From Candidatus Microgenomates bacterium (GTDB lineage: Bacteria; Patescibacteriota; Microgenomatia; JACQLA01): 45,154 bases of DNA. Of the stretch, positions 35,514-45,154 are shown in pieces. A program made the translations under genes and the position numbers. Positions within the stretch are counted from its first letter, which is position 1. Each line of letters starts with the position of its first letter. Location: contig JACQLA010000002.1 in NCBI GenBank assembly GCA_016204255.1, positions 1 through 45,154 on the forward strand, given 5' to 3'. The notes below the pieces were generated by a model, which searched no databases, was not told the DNA's origin, and was given only the letters and a program-made list of their open reading frames with translations.

Positions 35514-36988
35514 TTTCTCAACGCGTTTGTCTTTTGGGTCATTTCCCTTCGGCGGTAGGCGTAAAGGACAAAGTGAACTAAATCCTCGGTGTTTTTAGTT
35601 TTTAAAAATCTTTTAAAGGCTTTTATCAGCTCTTGAAGGTCTAAAATCGACGCCCAGATTACTCCAAGCAGGAAAGGAATATTTTTTGGATAAAAAACAT
35701 ATCGATAATTCTGCCAAAAAAGAGAGTTATGAAGATGAGAACGGGCGGCTACCAAATCCTCAGAACTAAGGTTAATGGTCATTATCGGCGAATCGCTCTT
35801 TATAAAATCCCAGCGGTTACCAAAACTAGGTTGAACCCAACCCATTTTGAGAGCTTGTTCGTAAAGCTCTGTCCCGGGCAAGGGTGTACAAAAAGAGATA
35901 TGAGTGTAGCTGGGAGCTATTTCTTTAATGAGTCTCTCTGTTTCTTTAATATCTTCCAACTTCTCCGCTGGACTACCCAAGATAAGCGTAGCAAAAGTTC
36001 TGAGTTTCGCCCTTTTGGCCAGTTTAAAAGCACGCCTGATATCTTTTGGACGTTGCCCCTTTTTCAGATTGGTAAGTACTCTTTCTGATCCGCTCTCGAC
36101 TCCAAAATCAACTTGGACACAACCCGCCTTCCGCATCATTTTTAGAAGTTTTTCACTAACCGAAGTAACTCTGGTCTGACAGCCCCAAATTAAATCCATC
36201 TTTTCCTTCCTTTTCTGCCGGCAAAAATCCATAACCCAATTTTTATCGGTAGCAAATGTGTCATCCATAAAATAAACGCCATCTATATGATATTTTTCCT
36301 TAAGCAACCTCATTTCCTCAAGTACGTTTTTAACCGATCGGCGGCGATTTTTTCTTCCAAATAAAAGATGACTTGAACAAAAGGTACAAACCGCCGGACA
36401 CCCCCGGCTGGTATATATAGTTAGCGTCCGGGCAAGGATATAGCTTCTGATGTAACCGGGCGGGATAAGATAGTTCTCGACATCAATAAGGTCGCGGTTG
36501 GGGAATGGAATTTCATCAATATTTTGAATCAACTCCCGCGGAGGATTTTTAATAATGACGCCATTTTTTTTATAAACGACGCCTTTAACATTTTCCAAAC
36601 CTTTACCTTTTCCCAACTTCTGACAAACCTCTCTAATCGTACTTTCCCCTTCTCCATAAACGATAAAGTCCAGATTAAGATCTTCTAGGGTTCTTTCCGG
36701 TAAAGCGGTCGGATGAATTCCACCAGCGCAGATCAAGGCGTCAGGTAATTCGTGTCGAAAAATCCTGGACATTTTTTTAGCCCGGTCGTAAGTGGCAGTT
36801 AGGATAGAAAGACCTATTAGATCGGGTTTAAAGACTTTAACTTTTTTAAGAAAACTCCAGTCCTCAAAAAAAGGATCAAATACCTGCACCTCGTGCCCTG
36901 CCGCTTCCAGAGCACTGGCGACGTAAAGAATACCAAGCGGCATAACCACGCTATCGCTGTGTCGAGAGTTAAGCAGCGTAATCTTCAA
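35510..36988 (-). CDS. B12-binding-domain radical SAM protein
   Basis: RGCPAVCTFC, GGIHPT, GEGE, FGVESGS. TTG start with AAAGGAG upstream. Confidence 0.92.
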   Translation of the reverse strand: MKITLLNSRHSDSVVMPLGILYVASALEAAGHEVQVFDPFFEDWSFLKKVKVFKPDLIGLSILTATYDRAKKMSRIFRHELPDALICAGGIHPTALPERTLEDLNLDFIVYGEGESTIREVCQKLGKGKGLENVKGVVYKKNGVIIKNPPRELIQNIDEIPFPNRDLIDVENYLIPPGYIRSYILARTLTIYTSRGCPAVCTFCSSHLLFGRKNRRRSVKNVLEEMRLLKEKYHIDGVYFMDDTFATDKNWVMDFCRQKRKEKMDLIWGCQTRVTSVSEKLLKMMRKAGCVQVDFGVESGSERVLTNLKKGQRPKDIRRAFKLAKRAKLRTFATLILGSPAEKLEDIKETERLIKEIAPSYTHISFCTPLPGTELYEQALKMGWVQPSFGNRWDFIKSDSPIMTINLSSEDLVAARSHLHNSLFWQNYRYVFYPKNIPFLLGVIWASILDLQELIKAFKRFLKTKNTEDLVHFVLYAYRRREMTQKTNALRK

Positions 36989-37026
36989 ATTAATTCTCCT
37001 TTCCCCTTGAAAGGGAGTGTCATTTT

Positions 37027-38505
37027 TTAAACTTCGGCGTAAATTAAAAGCGATCCGGAAACCTCCCGCACAATTGGTACCTTTTCAAGAATAAATCCTA
37101 ATTTATTTACCGGCCCGATTAACAATTTTGGTGTGAAAGGATGAAGAAAATCAAAGGGTTTTACTTGAATATTTTTAAAACCGGCCTTCGCCAGATTTGA
37201 ATGGAGCGACCAACGAAAAAAAGCTGTTTCCTCCGGAGAGTCCCGGGAAATTCTCTTTAAAATACCTACCTTCTTTTGTAAAAAAACGTGGGGATTGGCT
37301 AAATTAGGCTCAAAAAAAATAATCCCGCCGCCGGATTTTAAGACTCTTTTAATCCCGAGCAAAGCTTTTGATAAATTTAAATGATGCAAAACCGAATTGC
37401 CCACAACGAAATCAAAGGAGTCCGAGTCAAATGGCAAAGCATGCGCATCTCCCTGACGAAAAGAAATATTTTTACCCTTAATCTCTTTGCGGGCAAGAGC
37501 AACCAACTCCGAAGAAATGTCAACGCATACTATCTTGACTCCGGCTTTAATTAAATGACGACTAAACTCTCCCACCCCTGATCCAATTTCTAAAACTTTA
37601 TCTTCCGACTCTAAGAAATCGGCTACAACTTGACCTCTGCGAGCAATTCTTACTTTTCCGGCCGCCGTTGCCCACCAAAGTGTTTGATCCTTTTTAGAAA
37701 GCTGACGAAAGTGGTTTTTTTCACGTTCCACTCTAAGATCGGTGATATTTTTGGGTTTAACCAATTTTTCAGACTTGATAATCAGATAACCAAACTGACT
37801 CTTTGGAACAAAAGGAAAAAGAAAGTCATCGATCTTCAAGCAAACAGGACTCAAACAGGTAAGAAATGAAAATCCATAGCGGTAATGAAGAAGAGCCCGA
37901 AAGAACATTAAGGGTTCCTTCAGTAAAATCTCTGTTTTACCTAAAAACTTTTCTTGGAAAACCAAAGAGGCTAATTTTGTAACCATGGAATCAACAGTTT
38001 TTGTCTCGGACTTAACTAGTTTGGCAAAGACAAAATTTATCAAATTGTTACCGTTTCCTTCTATAATGATTACCTTTCCCCTTTGCCTACAAACTCTTAC
38101 CATTTCACTAATTACTTTCTCCTTAAAACTTACGTGATGTAAAAGATTTTTGGCAAAAACCAAGTCAAATTGCTTTTTCTTAAAGGGCAATTTATAAGCA
38201 TTGGCAACAATTAATTTAGCAAAGGGACTTTTCTTGCGGGCAAAAGTAATTTTTGGTCTAGAGAAATCGACTCCGGTAACTTCTCCCTTAAATCCTAATT
38301 TTTTAAGATTAACAATATTTGCACCTTCGCCACAGCCTACTTCAAGAATCTTTTTGGGATTCTCTTTTAAAATCTCTGCAAGTATTTGCTTTTCTTTCTC
38401 AAAAATGTACGGATTTTGGGTTAACCAATAAAATTGACTCCTCTCTGCCCGCTGAAAGTGTTTTTTCTGAAAGGAATCGAATTTGTTTTTAGTTAATTTT
38501 TTCAT
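37027..38505 (-). CDS. Tandem double class I SAM-dependent methyltransferase
   Basis: Two motif-I copies (ILEVGCGEG, VLEIGSGVG), each followed by A..LPF...FD and LHH. Confidence 0.9.
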   Translation of the reverse strand: MKKLTKNKFDSFQKKHFQRAERSQFYWLTQNPYIFEKEKQILAEILKENPKKILEVGCGEGANIVNLKKLGFKGEVTGVDFSRPKITFARKKSPFAKLIVANAYKLPFKKKQFDLVFAKNLLHHVSFKEKVISEMVRVCRQRGKVIIIEGNGNNLINFVFAKLVKSETKTVDSMVTKLASLVFQEKFLGKTEILLKEPLMFFRALLHYRYGFSFLTCLSPVCLKIDDFLFPFVPKSQFGYLIIKSEKLVKPKNITDLRVEREKNHFRQLSKKDQTLWWATAAGKVRIARRGQVVADFLESEDKVLEIGSGVGEFSRHLIKAGVKIVCVDISSELVALARKEIKGKNISFRQGDAHALPFDSDSFDFVVGNSVLHHLNLSKALLGIKRVLKSGGGIIFFEPNLANPHVFLQKKVGILKRISRDSPEETAFFRWSLHSNLAKAGFKNIQVKPFDFLHPFTPKLLIGPVNKLGFILEKVPIVREVSGSLLIYAEV

Positions 38506-40381
38506 CTGCAAATTTTTGCCACCACAGCTCAAAAATAACCAGAGCCATAAGCTGTTTACCTAAAAGAAGTGGTGATTTTTTAAACTCTTTTTTTAGGCTT
38601 TCTATGTATTCAAAATTAAAAAGACCTCGCTTTTCGACGACCTTGCGGCTTAAAGTTTTAGAAAATAACTTTAGCATTTCTTTTCCCCAAAACTGCTCTA
38701 TTGGAACAAAGAATGATCGTTTTGGTCTTTTTAAAACATCTGGGGGTAAAACACCAGCCATCGCTTCTCTCAAGATGAGTTTATTCTTCCATCTCTTTAT
38801 TTTAAAATCCGACGGGAGTGAAAGGGCAAACTCTACGAGACGGTAATCAAGGTACGGGACCCGGGCTTCCAAACCATGAGCCATTGATAAGCGATCGGCC
38901 ATATAAAGAATGTAATCAGGTAACCAATTTAAAACATCAAAAACAATAATTCGTGATAGAAAATCACCACTCCCTTTTTTAAGAGATCGTTTTAATTCTG
39001 CCTCTATTGATTTCTTACCTATCAGGTGCTTGGCGAAATTTTTAGTGTAAAGCTTTTTTTTATCCTCCTGGGTAAAAAGATTCGCAAAGGTAAAATAGTT
39101 TTCAAATAAAGAATTCGCCTTTAAGAAATGCGTTAATCGCCGTTTACCTTTTTCTCCAACTGATGCCGGGTAAGGGAATATTCGATCAATTATTTTACTC
39201 GGGATAAACTTAACCCCAAAAGCCAAAAAGCTAGCAGGTAAAAATTTTTGTAGCTTTTCTTTCCAAAAAATTCCCAGATGATGAATATAACCGCCAAAGA
39301 TTTCGTCAGCACCATCGCCGGTCAAAACAACTTTAACTTCTTTACTCGCTCTCCCAGCTAATAAATAAATAGGCATAATGATTGGGTCACCGATTGGCTC
39401 ATCGAGAAAGGAAACAATTTCCGGCAATAGGGTAAAGTTTTTGGGAATAACCGAAAAATGATGATAATCAGTTTTTAGACGTTTTGCCAATTCGATTGCT
39501 TGATGAGTTTCATCAATTGAAGAATTAAATCCAAGAGTAAAAGTTTTAATTTTCCTCTCGTGCTTTCTTTGCGCCAAGGAGGTAACTATCGAGGAATCTA
39601 TTCCTCCGGATAAATAAGCTCCAACGGGAACGTCAGCGACCATCTGCGAAGAGATAGACGCCCTGAGCAATCTTTCCAACTGATTCCTTGCCTCATTTTT
39701 ATTGAATGATGAACTGTGTATCGTTGGCTGCCAATACCTACTTACTTTTATTTTTCCTTCTTTAAAGATTAAAATTGACCCGGCGGACAATTTTCTAATC
39801 TGGCTAAACATCGTTTTATCTCCCGGTAAGTAGCGTAGACTTAAATACGTATCGATTGAAACGGGATCAATTTCTTTTTTAATTTTTTTCCAAGCAAGGA
39901 TTGCTTTTGCTTCTGAGGCAAAAATTAGACAGCCGTTAACTAGCGCAAAGTAAAGCGGTTTGACTCCTAAATGATCCCGGACTAAAATTAGCGTTTTTCT
40001 TCTCTTATTCCAAATAGCAAAAGCAAAAATACCTATAAAATGCTTAACAAAATCAAGCCCCCACTCTTCATAAGCATGAAGAATGACTTCGTTATCGCTT
40101 TTTCCACCGAACCTATGACCTTTATCCTCTAGATCACGCCGCAATTCCTTGAAATTATAAATTTCACCGTTAGCAGCTAAAATAGCGTTTTTGTCTTCGC
40201 TGACAAATGGCTGATGACCGCCTTGAGAAAGATCAATTATTGCTAGGCGCCGATGGCCAAGACTTACTATCCCATTGGAGTAAAAACCAGAATCGTCTGG
40301 TCCACGATGGACAAGCAATCGAGACATTTTTTGGAGCAGTCGCTGATCTTTAAAACCGACAAAACCATAAATTGCGCACAT
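38489..40381 (-). CDS. asnB: Asparagine synthase (glutamine-hydrolysing)-family amidotransferase
   Basis: N-terminal Cys2, HRGPD, RLAIID, NGEIYN, LSGGIDSS, GDGADE. Confidence 0.95.
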   Translation of the reverse strand: MCAIYGFVGFKDQRLLQKMSRLLVHRGPDDSGFYSNGIVSLGHRRLAIIDLSQGGHQPFVSEDKNAILAANGEIYNFKELRRDLEDKGHRFGGKSDNEVILHAYEEWGLDFVKHFIGIFAFAIWNKRRKTLILVRDHLGVKPLYFALVNGCLIFASEAKAILAWKKIKKEIDPVSIDTYLSLRYLPGDKTMFSQIRKLSAGSILIFKEGKIKVSRYWQPTIHSSSFNKNEARNQLERLLRASISSQMVADVPVGAYLSGGIDSSIVTSLAQRKHERKIKTFTLGFNSSIDETHQAIELAKRLKTDYHHFSVIPKNFTLLPEIVSFLDEPIGDPIIMPIYLLAGRASKEVKVVLTGDGADEIFGGYIHHLGIFWKEKLQKFLPASFLAFGVKFIPSKIIDRIFPYPASVGEKGKRRLTHFLKANSLFENYFTFANLFTQEDKKKLYTKNFAKHLIGKKSIEAELKRSLKKGSGDFLSRIIVFDVLNWLPDYILYMADRLSMAHGLEARVPYLDYRLVEFALSLPSDFKIKRWKNKLILREAMAGVLPPDVLKRPKRSFFVPIEQFWGKEMLKLFSKTLSRKVVEKRGLFNFEYIESLKKEFKKSPLLLGKQLMALVIFELWWQKFADEKIN

Positions 40382-40388
40382 AACCTTA

Positions 40389-41822
40389 TTAAGTAGAATC
40401 TAGAATCGGATCACCTGTTACCGGAGGAAGAATAAGGGTATCCAGGGCAGCGTGAAAGGCTTTATTAAAATCATTTAGGGACCTCATTTTCTTAAGTGCT
40501 GGAAAAATCCTTTTTGGGCGAAAATAAAATTTAAGATAGGCTTGACGAACCAACTGTTTTGCCTCCAGTGGCGTCAAACGCGTCCTAACCAACGGCAAAG
40601 ATTTCTCATTAGCCGGATTAAGTACAAAGCTGCTCCAATAATCTTCTCCTGTATCTTCCATCATCATTTGATAAAGCTCCGTCGCCGGAAAAGGGGTCAT
40701 CTTAGTAAATTGAACCCAATCCAAAGGCAATTCGCAGGCAAATTGGATGGTTTTTTGGGCAGTTTCTCGTGTCTCACCAGGCGAACCGATAATGAAAAAG
40801 CCCAGTGCTTCAATATTATATTCTTTAGTCCAAGCAATAATTTTTCTGATCTGATCGACACTAATTCCCTTACGCAGGGTTTTAAGAATTTCTGGATCAG
40901 CCGACTCAATTCCAAACATGATCCGTACACATCCAGACCTTGACAATTCTTTAAGCATCTCCTTATCTACACAGTCAACCCGGGTTCGGATTGACCAAAT
41001 AATATCCAACTTTCTTTGTCTAATTTCTTTACATATTTCTAAAACCCTTTGTTTATTAGCGGTAAAAGAAGAATCATAAAAATCGATCTCGCGAACACCG
41101 AAGTCCTTATAGCATTCCTCCATTTCGTCAGCAATGTTTTGGGGAGATCTCATCCGCCATTTCGCCTTTTTTAAGTCACAGAAGATGCAGTGAAAAGGGC
41201 AACCCCGAGTTGTTACCATGGCCGTAAATTTTTTCCGGCGGGAAACAACGTTATAATACTTTGCATTGTCAACAAGGTGTCTTGCTGGAAAAGGAATCTT
41301 ATCAATCTCCATCACTTTATCTTGAGGAGAATTAAATATAGTCTTTCCATTTTGACGGAAAGCAAGACCATTTACTCCTTCTAGAGATTTTCCTTTTTCT
41401 AAAGTTTCAAAAAACTGAGGTAAAGTAATTTCCGCCTCTCCAACTACTGCATAGTCTATTTCTTTATGTGTCATTGTTTCTTTAGGATAAGTCCCCAGAT
41501 GCTGCCCGCCAATCAAAATCGGTAGATTCATTCGCTTTTTAATTTCTCTAATCCAAGAAAGAGCCTGGTGAAACATGTAGGTAGTCATGGTAAAACCTAA
41601 AATATCAGGTGAAAAAACCTCAAGTTCCGAGATCACATCCTCAACAGACAATTTTTGGGCCACTGTATCAATAATTATTACCTGATGACCCGCCTGTTCG
41701 GCGATAGCCGCCACATAAAGAAGGCTCAACGGAGGGATAATCCCTAAATTTCTTTCTTGAGCACGAATTGCCGTCCAATTATTTTCAGCAAAAGTCGGTG
41801 TATAAATTAAAGCTAATCTCAT
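40389..41822 (-). CDS. B12-binding-domain radical SAM protein
   Basis: RGCPFHCIFC, GGQH, GEAE, FGIES. Confidence 0.92.
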   Translation of the reverse strand: MRLALIYTPTFAENNWTAIRAQERNLGIIPPLSLLYVAAIAEQAGHQVIIIDTVAQKLSVEDVISELEVFSPDILGFTMTTYMFHQALSWIREIKKRMNLPILIGGQHLGTYPKETMTHKEIDYAVVGEAEITLPQFFETLEKGKSLEGVNGLAFRQNGKTIFNSPQDKVMEIDKIPFPARHLVDNAKYYNVVSRRKKFTAMVTTRGCPFHCIFCDLKKAKWRMRSPQNIADEMEECYKDFGVREIDFYDSSFTANKQRVLEICKEIRQRKLDIIWSIRTRVDCVDKEMLKELSRSGCVRIMFGIESADPEILKTLRKGISVDQIRKIIAWTKEYNIEALGFFIIGSPGETRETAQKTIQFACELPLDWVQFTKMTPFPATELYQMMMEDTGEDYWSSFVLNPANEKSLPLVRTRLTPLEAKQLVRQAYLKFYFRPKRIFPALKKMRSLNDFNKAFHAALDTLILPPVTGDPILDST

Positions 41823-41834
41823 CGAGCTATATTA

Positions 41835-44744
41835 TTAATATTCATCTTCCTCGAGGACAGTTTTGGAAAATCGGGAGAAGACCCCTTTACTAAACCCCGT
41901 AAAAAAAACAAACGCTTTTGGTACCAACAAAAAGATCAAAAGAATTATAAACGTTAGAATGGAAATTATACGGGCGCCGAGGGGAACGGTTGATAAACTA
42001 AGCTCTAGTTTAATTTTTTCTCCTGGTTGAGAGGGAGGAAGACGCAACAACATCAGATTTGGTCCAGAACGATAAACAGGTAGGCTACCTTTTCTTCCCA
42101 TGTTTACCTGCCAATCGGGATAAAAATTCTCTCGCCACAAAAGAGAACTATAAGAAGGGCTTCCATCTGCCAAAGTAAATTCGATTTTATCAGGATTAGG
42201 CCTTTTTAGAGTCACCATCATATCCTTATTATCTTTATCCTCAACTAACCAGCTAAAAAGTTTTTGAGTGAAGTTATATTCCTCCCGAGCCTGATAATAT
42301 TGTAAATGACCTAAAAGATTCATACCCGACCAAACCACTTTTCCCTGTCCCAATTTACCGACAACAATGATCGGTTTATCGTTTCGTTCGTAAATAACCT
42401 CACCCCAATCCTTAACCGCTGATTTTGGCGCGGTGGCAACGTCCCAAGTATCATTGTAATAGACGAACTTCCCAAATTTTTCCTGATCAAACTCACCGCC
42501 TATTTTTGCGGTATCAAGCTTCAAATTATTAGCTTCACTACTATCCCATTCCAAACTCTGCAGTGGAATCACCTCTAAAGCCTGATGAGCCTGCCATTCC
42601 GAATTGGTGTATTGCCAACCAGACTCGATAAATAATCTACCTCCCTCTTCAACATAAGCCGTTAGCATTTTCTCCACTTTTGACTTGTCGTCATAAACTT
42701 GTCCATAAAGAATTAAGCCATCAAACTTCTTCAGCTCCTCTAGGGTATATCTATCTAATCTACCGTCATCCCTTCCCTCAACTAGCAATGCTGTTTCGTA
42801 AGGAATAGCCCCCGAGACTGCTTTGCGAAAAACTTGTTCGTAGGATTGTTTTTTCAGATTTCCTATCACCAGAAAAGTTGGCCGGTTTGTCCAAGTTACA
42901 ACTCCTGGGAAATTTTTAGACCGCACCACTTCCAGCGATTTATCTGGCTCATCAAGAACCTGTTCCCAATTTTTATTCTCATACTTTTCAAAAGGATCGG
43001 TCTTATTTTTAGCAATTATTTCTTTGTCTGTTGTTTTGTGTAAAATAACGTATTTTATCCCAAACCATGAAGCTAATTGAGGGATCGTTTCTGGCGGTTC
43101 AACACTTTCGCGGTCATAAAAAACGCCTTCCTGAAAACCTAAAAATTTCCAATTCAGCGCCATGGCATACCAGTAAAGCGGTAAAATTGGGGCATTACTC
43201 ACGTTGGACCAAGTCGCAATCAATTCGCCACGTTTAGGAGAAATGTCAATTGGCGTCTGCTCAGAGAGCTCAAGTTTGTCGGCAATATTTCGAGCTAATC
43301 CTTCGTAAGGTGCTCCCCAAGACCCTAAGCTTAGATCAATTTTATTAAGTCTTTCCCAAAAATTGCAGTAATCAACTTTTGTTCGCCACCAACGACCAAA
43401 ACCCTGATAACAATCAGCTTGTTCAATATTGGGTGGACCACCCTTAAGAAAAAAGATGAATAAAATTGCGATTAGAAGAGTAAAAACTGGAGTTAAATTT
43501 ACTCTCGGAATAAATTTCGCAAGCCATTGACCAGAAGCTAAACAACCCCAAGCGGCAAGCACCGGCAGTAGAATAATGACTGGAACCAAACCCCGAACAT
43601 AAATATCCCGCCAAAAAATCAAAAGACTTTTAACCAACCAGGGAGTTACTCCAGGCGCAATTGCATAGAAAACAAAAAAGATGGAGACAAACGAAACTGC
43701 GACGGCAGTCTTATTTACAGTTGATCTTTGGCTGTTTTTTTGCCCTTCTTGTTGTTTATTTTGTGTTGAGGCAAACGAAGCTGGCCGGAAAGCAAATATG
43801 GCCCCCAAGATCGCTAACGCCCAGACCGGACGAGAGAAAAAGACATACCACATTGAATTATTTTGCGAAAGACTGTCAAGTCCGGATACTCCAAAAAGTG
43901 CTCCTAGGGTAGTGTATGGCACCTGTTCAAATGACCAGTAGGCCAAAAGATTCCTTGAAGCGATGTAAGTATAACGCCAATACGGAAATAGCCAGAATCC
44001 AGCCAGCAGTACAGCAACAAAAATAACTAAAATTGGCAAAGCTAGACCATGGGATAAGTTTTTTATTTTTTTTCCGCCGGCAAAAATTGAGTAAATCACT
44101 CCATAACTAAAAATTGTTGCAAATAAAACCGTCCCGGCCAAAAAATGTGTTAAAACAGCAAAACTTGCAAGAAGCGAACTTGAGAAAAACCAAAGGATAA
44201 TCCTTCTTGGACGTCTCTGCCCAAAAGACTCGGCTAATAAAAGATCAAAAAATAAAATCACCGGTGGGAAAAAAATAAACGCCAAGGAGTGCGCATAAAG
44301 TCCTATTTCGGCAAGCCAGGCCCAAGAGGCGTTAGAAAGGGGGTAAAAAACTCCGGCTAAAATAGCTGCCATCCAGCTTTTAAACCTAACTCGCATAAAA
44401 ATAAAAATGCCTAAAGCCGTCAAATAAACTGACAAAAATTCCCAAAGATGCATTGACTGAACGATTGTGATATTAAATAGGCGGCTTGTAAGAACAGTTA
44501 TAATAGGCGCGCCAATGACTCCCTGCGAAAGTTGAACTCCACTGCCGTGTAAGGGAAACCATTGAGGAATATTGGGGAAAAAGCGATCGAACCACAAAGC
44601 TGCTGTTTGAGCGACACCAATGTCATTACCCACAAGGTAATCAGGTAAAAGATCCCACCCAAAAAGGTAAACAATCAGAAATATAATAACTGTGCCGAAG
44701 AAAAATCCCGTAAGATTAATAAATACTGAAAGAAGCTTTGCCAT
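41835..44744 (-). CDS. Large polytopic membrane protein, GT-C/YfhO-like (PTPS-related membrane domain)
   Basis: GND after the first TM, P.W.P...G, many TM helices, large extracellular domain, ENFYPDW motif, C-terminal TM. Confidence 0.7.
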   Translation of the reverse strand: MAKLLSVFINLTGFFFGTVIIFLIVYLFGWDLLPDYLVGNDIGVAQTAALWFDRFFPNIPQWFPLHGSGVQLSQGVIGAPIITVLTSRLFNITIVQSMHLWEFLSVYLTALGIFIFMRVRFKSWMAAILAGVFYPLSNASWAWLAEIGLYAHSLAFIFFPPVILFFDLLLAESFGQRRPRRIILWFFSSSLLASFAVLTHFLAGTVLFATIFSYGVIYSIFAGGKKIKNLSHGLALPILVIFVAVLLAGFWLFPYWRYTYIASRNLLAYWSFEQVPYTTLGALFGVSGLDSLSQNNSMWYVFFSRPVWALAILGAIFAFRPASFASTQNKQQEGQKNSQRSTVNKTAVAVSFVSIFFVFYAIAPGVTPWLVKSLLIFWRDIYVRGLVPVIILLPVLAAWGCLASGQWLAKFIPRVNLTPVFTLLIAILFIFFLKGGPPNIEQADCYQGFGRWWRTKVDYCNFWERLNKIDLSLGSWGAPYEGLARNIADKLELSEQTPIDISPKRGELIATWSNVSNAPILPLYWYAMALNWKFLGFQEGVFYDRESVEPPETIPQLASWFGIKYVILHKTTDKEIIAKNKTDPFEKYENKNWEQVLDEPDKSLEVVRSKNFPGVVTWTNRPTFLVIGNLKKQSYEQVFRKAVSGAIPYETALLVEGRDDGRLDRYTLEELKKFDGLILYGQVYDDKSKVEKMLTAYVEEGGRLFIESGWQYTNSEWQAHQALEVIPLQSLEWDSSEANNLKLDTAKIGGEFDQEKFGKFVYYNDTWDVATAPKSAVKDWGEVIYERNDKPIIVVGKLGQGKVVWSGMNLLGHLQYYQAREEYNFTQKLFSWLVEDKDNKDMMVTLKRPNPDKIEFTLADGSPSYSSLLWRENFYPDWQVNMGRKGSLPVYRSGPNLMLLRLPPSQPGEKIKLELSLSTVPLGARIISILTFIILLIFLLVPKAFVFFTGFSKGVFSRFSKTVLEEDEY

Positions 44745-44802
44745 AAGATTCAACAATCGAAACTAACAAAAGCCCGGTATTAATCAAGTTCTTTTATTCC
44801 TT

Positions 44803-45154
44803 CTACTCTTCTTGTTCCCACCATTTATTGAGCCCGGGACGAAAGCTGGAAAAGATTTTCCGGCTGAAACTTAAAAACATTTTATCATTAATAAAAAGGA
44901 TTACCAAGAACACAATCATAAGCAAAGAGGTCAAACGGGAAAGAAGATAAACGGTTGATTTATCTAAGGTTAACGTTATTTTTTCGCCTCCATCGACCGT
45001 TTTAAGCGGTATCAGCATAAAATTCGGGCCGGCTCGATAGATAGGCAATTTTTCACCATTTGAAAGACGCGCCTGCCAATCAGGGTAAAAATTCTCCCGC
45101 CAGTAAAGCCAGGAGTTTTGTTGGGGCTGGGAGAAGATGAACTCAATCTTATCA
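44803..45154 (-). CDS. C-terminal part of a paralogue of the 41835-44744 protein (truncated by the window edge)
   Basis: Open frame from the edge: DKIEFIFSQ...WRENFYPDWQ...LPIYRAGPNFML, matching DKIEFTLA...WRENFYPDWQ...LPVYRSGPNLML. Confidence 0.9.
   Translation of the reverse strand, partial: DKIEFIFSQPQQNSWLYWRENFYPDWQARLSNGEKLPIYRAGPNFMLIPLKTVDGGEKITLTLDKSTVYLLSRLTSLLMIVFLVILFINDKMFLSFSRKIFSSFRPGLNKWWEQEE

Noticed and set aside
27927-41822. Cluster as a RiPP or hopanoid pathway
   Set aside because: No precursor peptide, SPASM motif or peptidase seen. The barrel protein lacks the DxDD motif of squalene-hopene cyclase

Overview
Bacterial chromosomal window in genetic code 11. The gene set and style (compact housekeeping genes, many membrane-anchored Pro/Thr-rich surface proteins, -10 boxes sitting directly before start codons, small palindromic insertions) suggest a Patescibacteria/CPR (Microgenomates-like) genome, which is an inference. 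Left end (1-7594): two large minus-strand surface proteins, one a 2069-aa multi-module glycoside-hydrolase-like/PQQ-propeller protein, sharing three copies of a ~110-aa two-cysteine domain. Middle: treT-like glycosyltransferase, DUF1003, SpoIIM-like, topA, dprA, mreB-PAP2-mreC-mreD-mrdA, O-antigen-ligase/TPR, def, fmt, rpmB, M50 protease, a 6S-RNA-like ncRNA and a tRNA locus. Right end (27927-45154): a minus-strand cluster of five B12-binding-domain radical SAM enzymes, AsnB, a double methyltransferase, two GT2s, an alpha/alpha-barrel-like protein and two GT-C-like membrane paralogues. The most striking structure is at 25669-25936: a complete tRNA-Thr(TGT) gene nested inside the anticodon loop of a second, different tRNA gene, which is itself interrupted by palindromic insertions with shared junction features.
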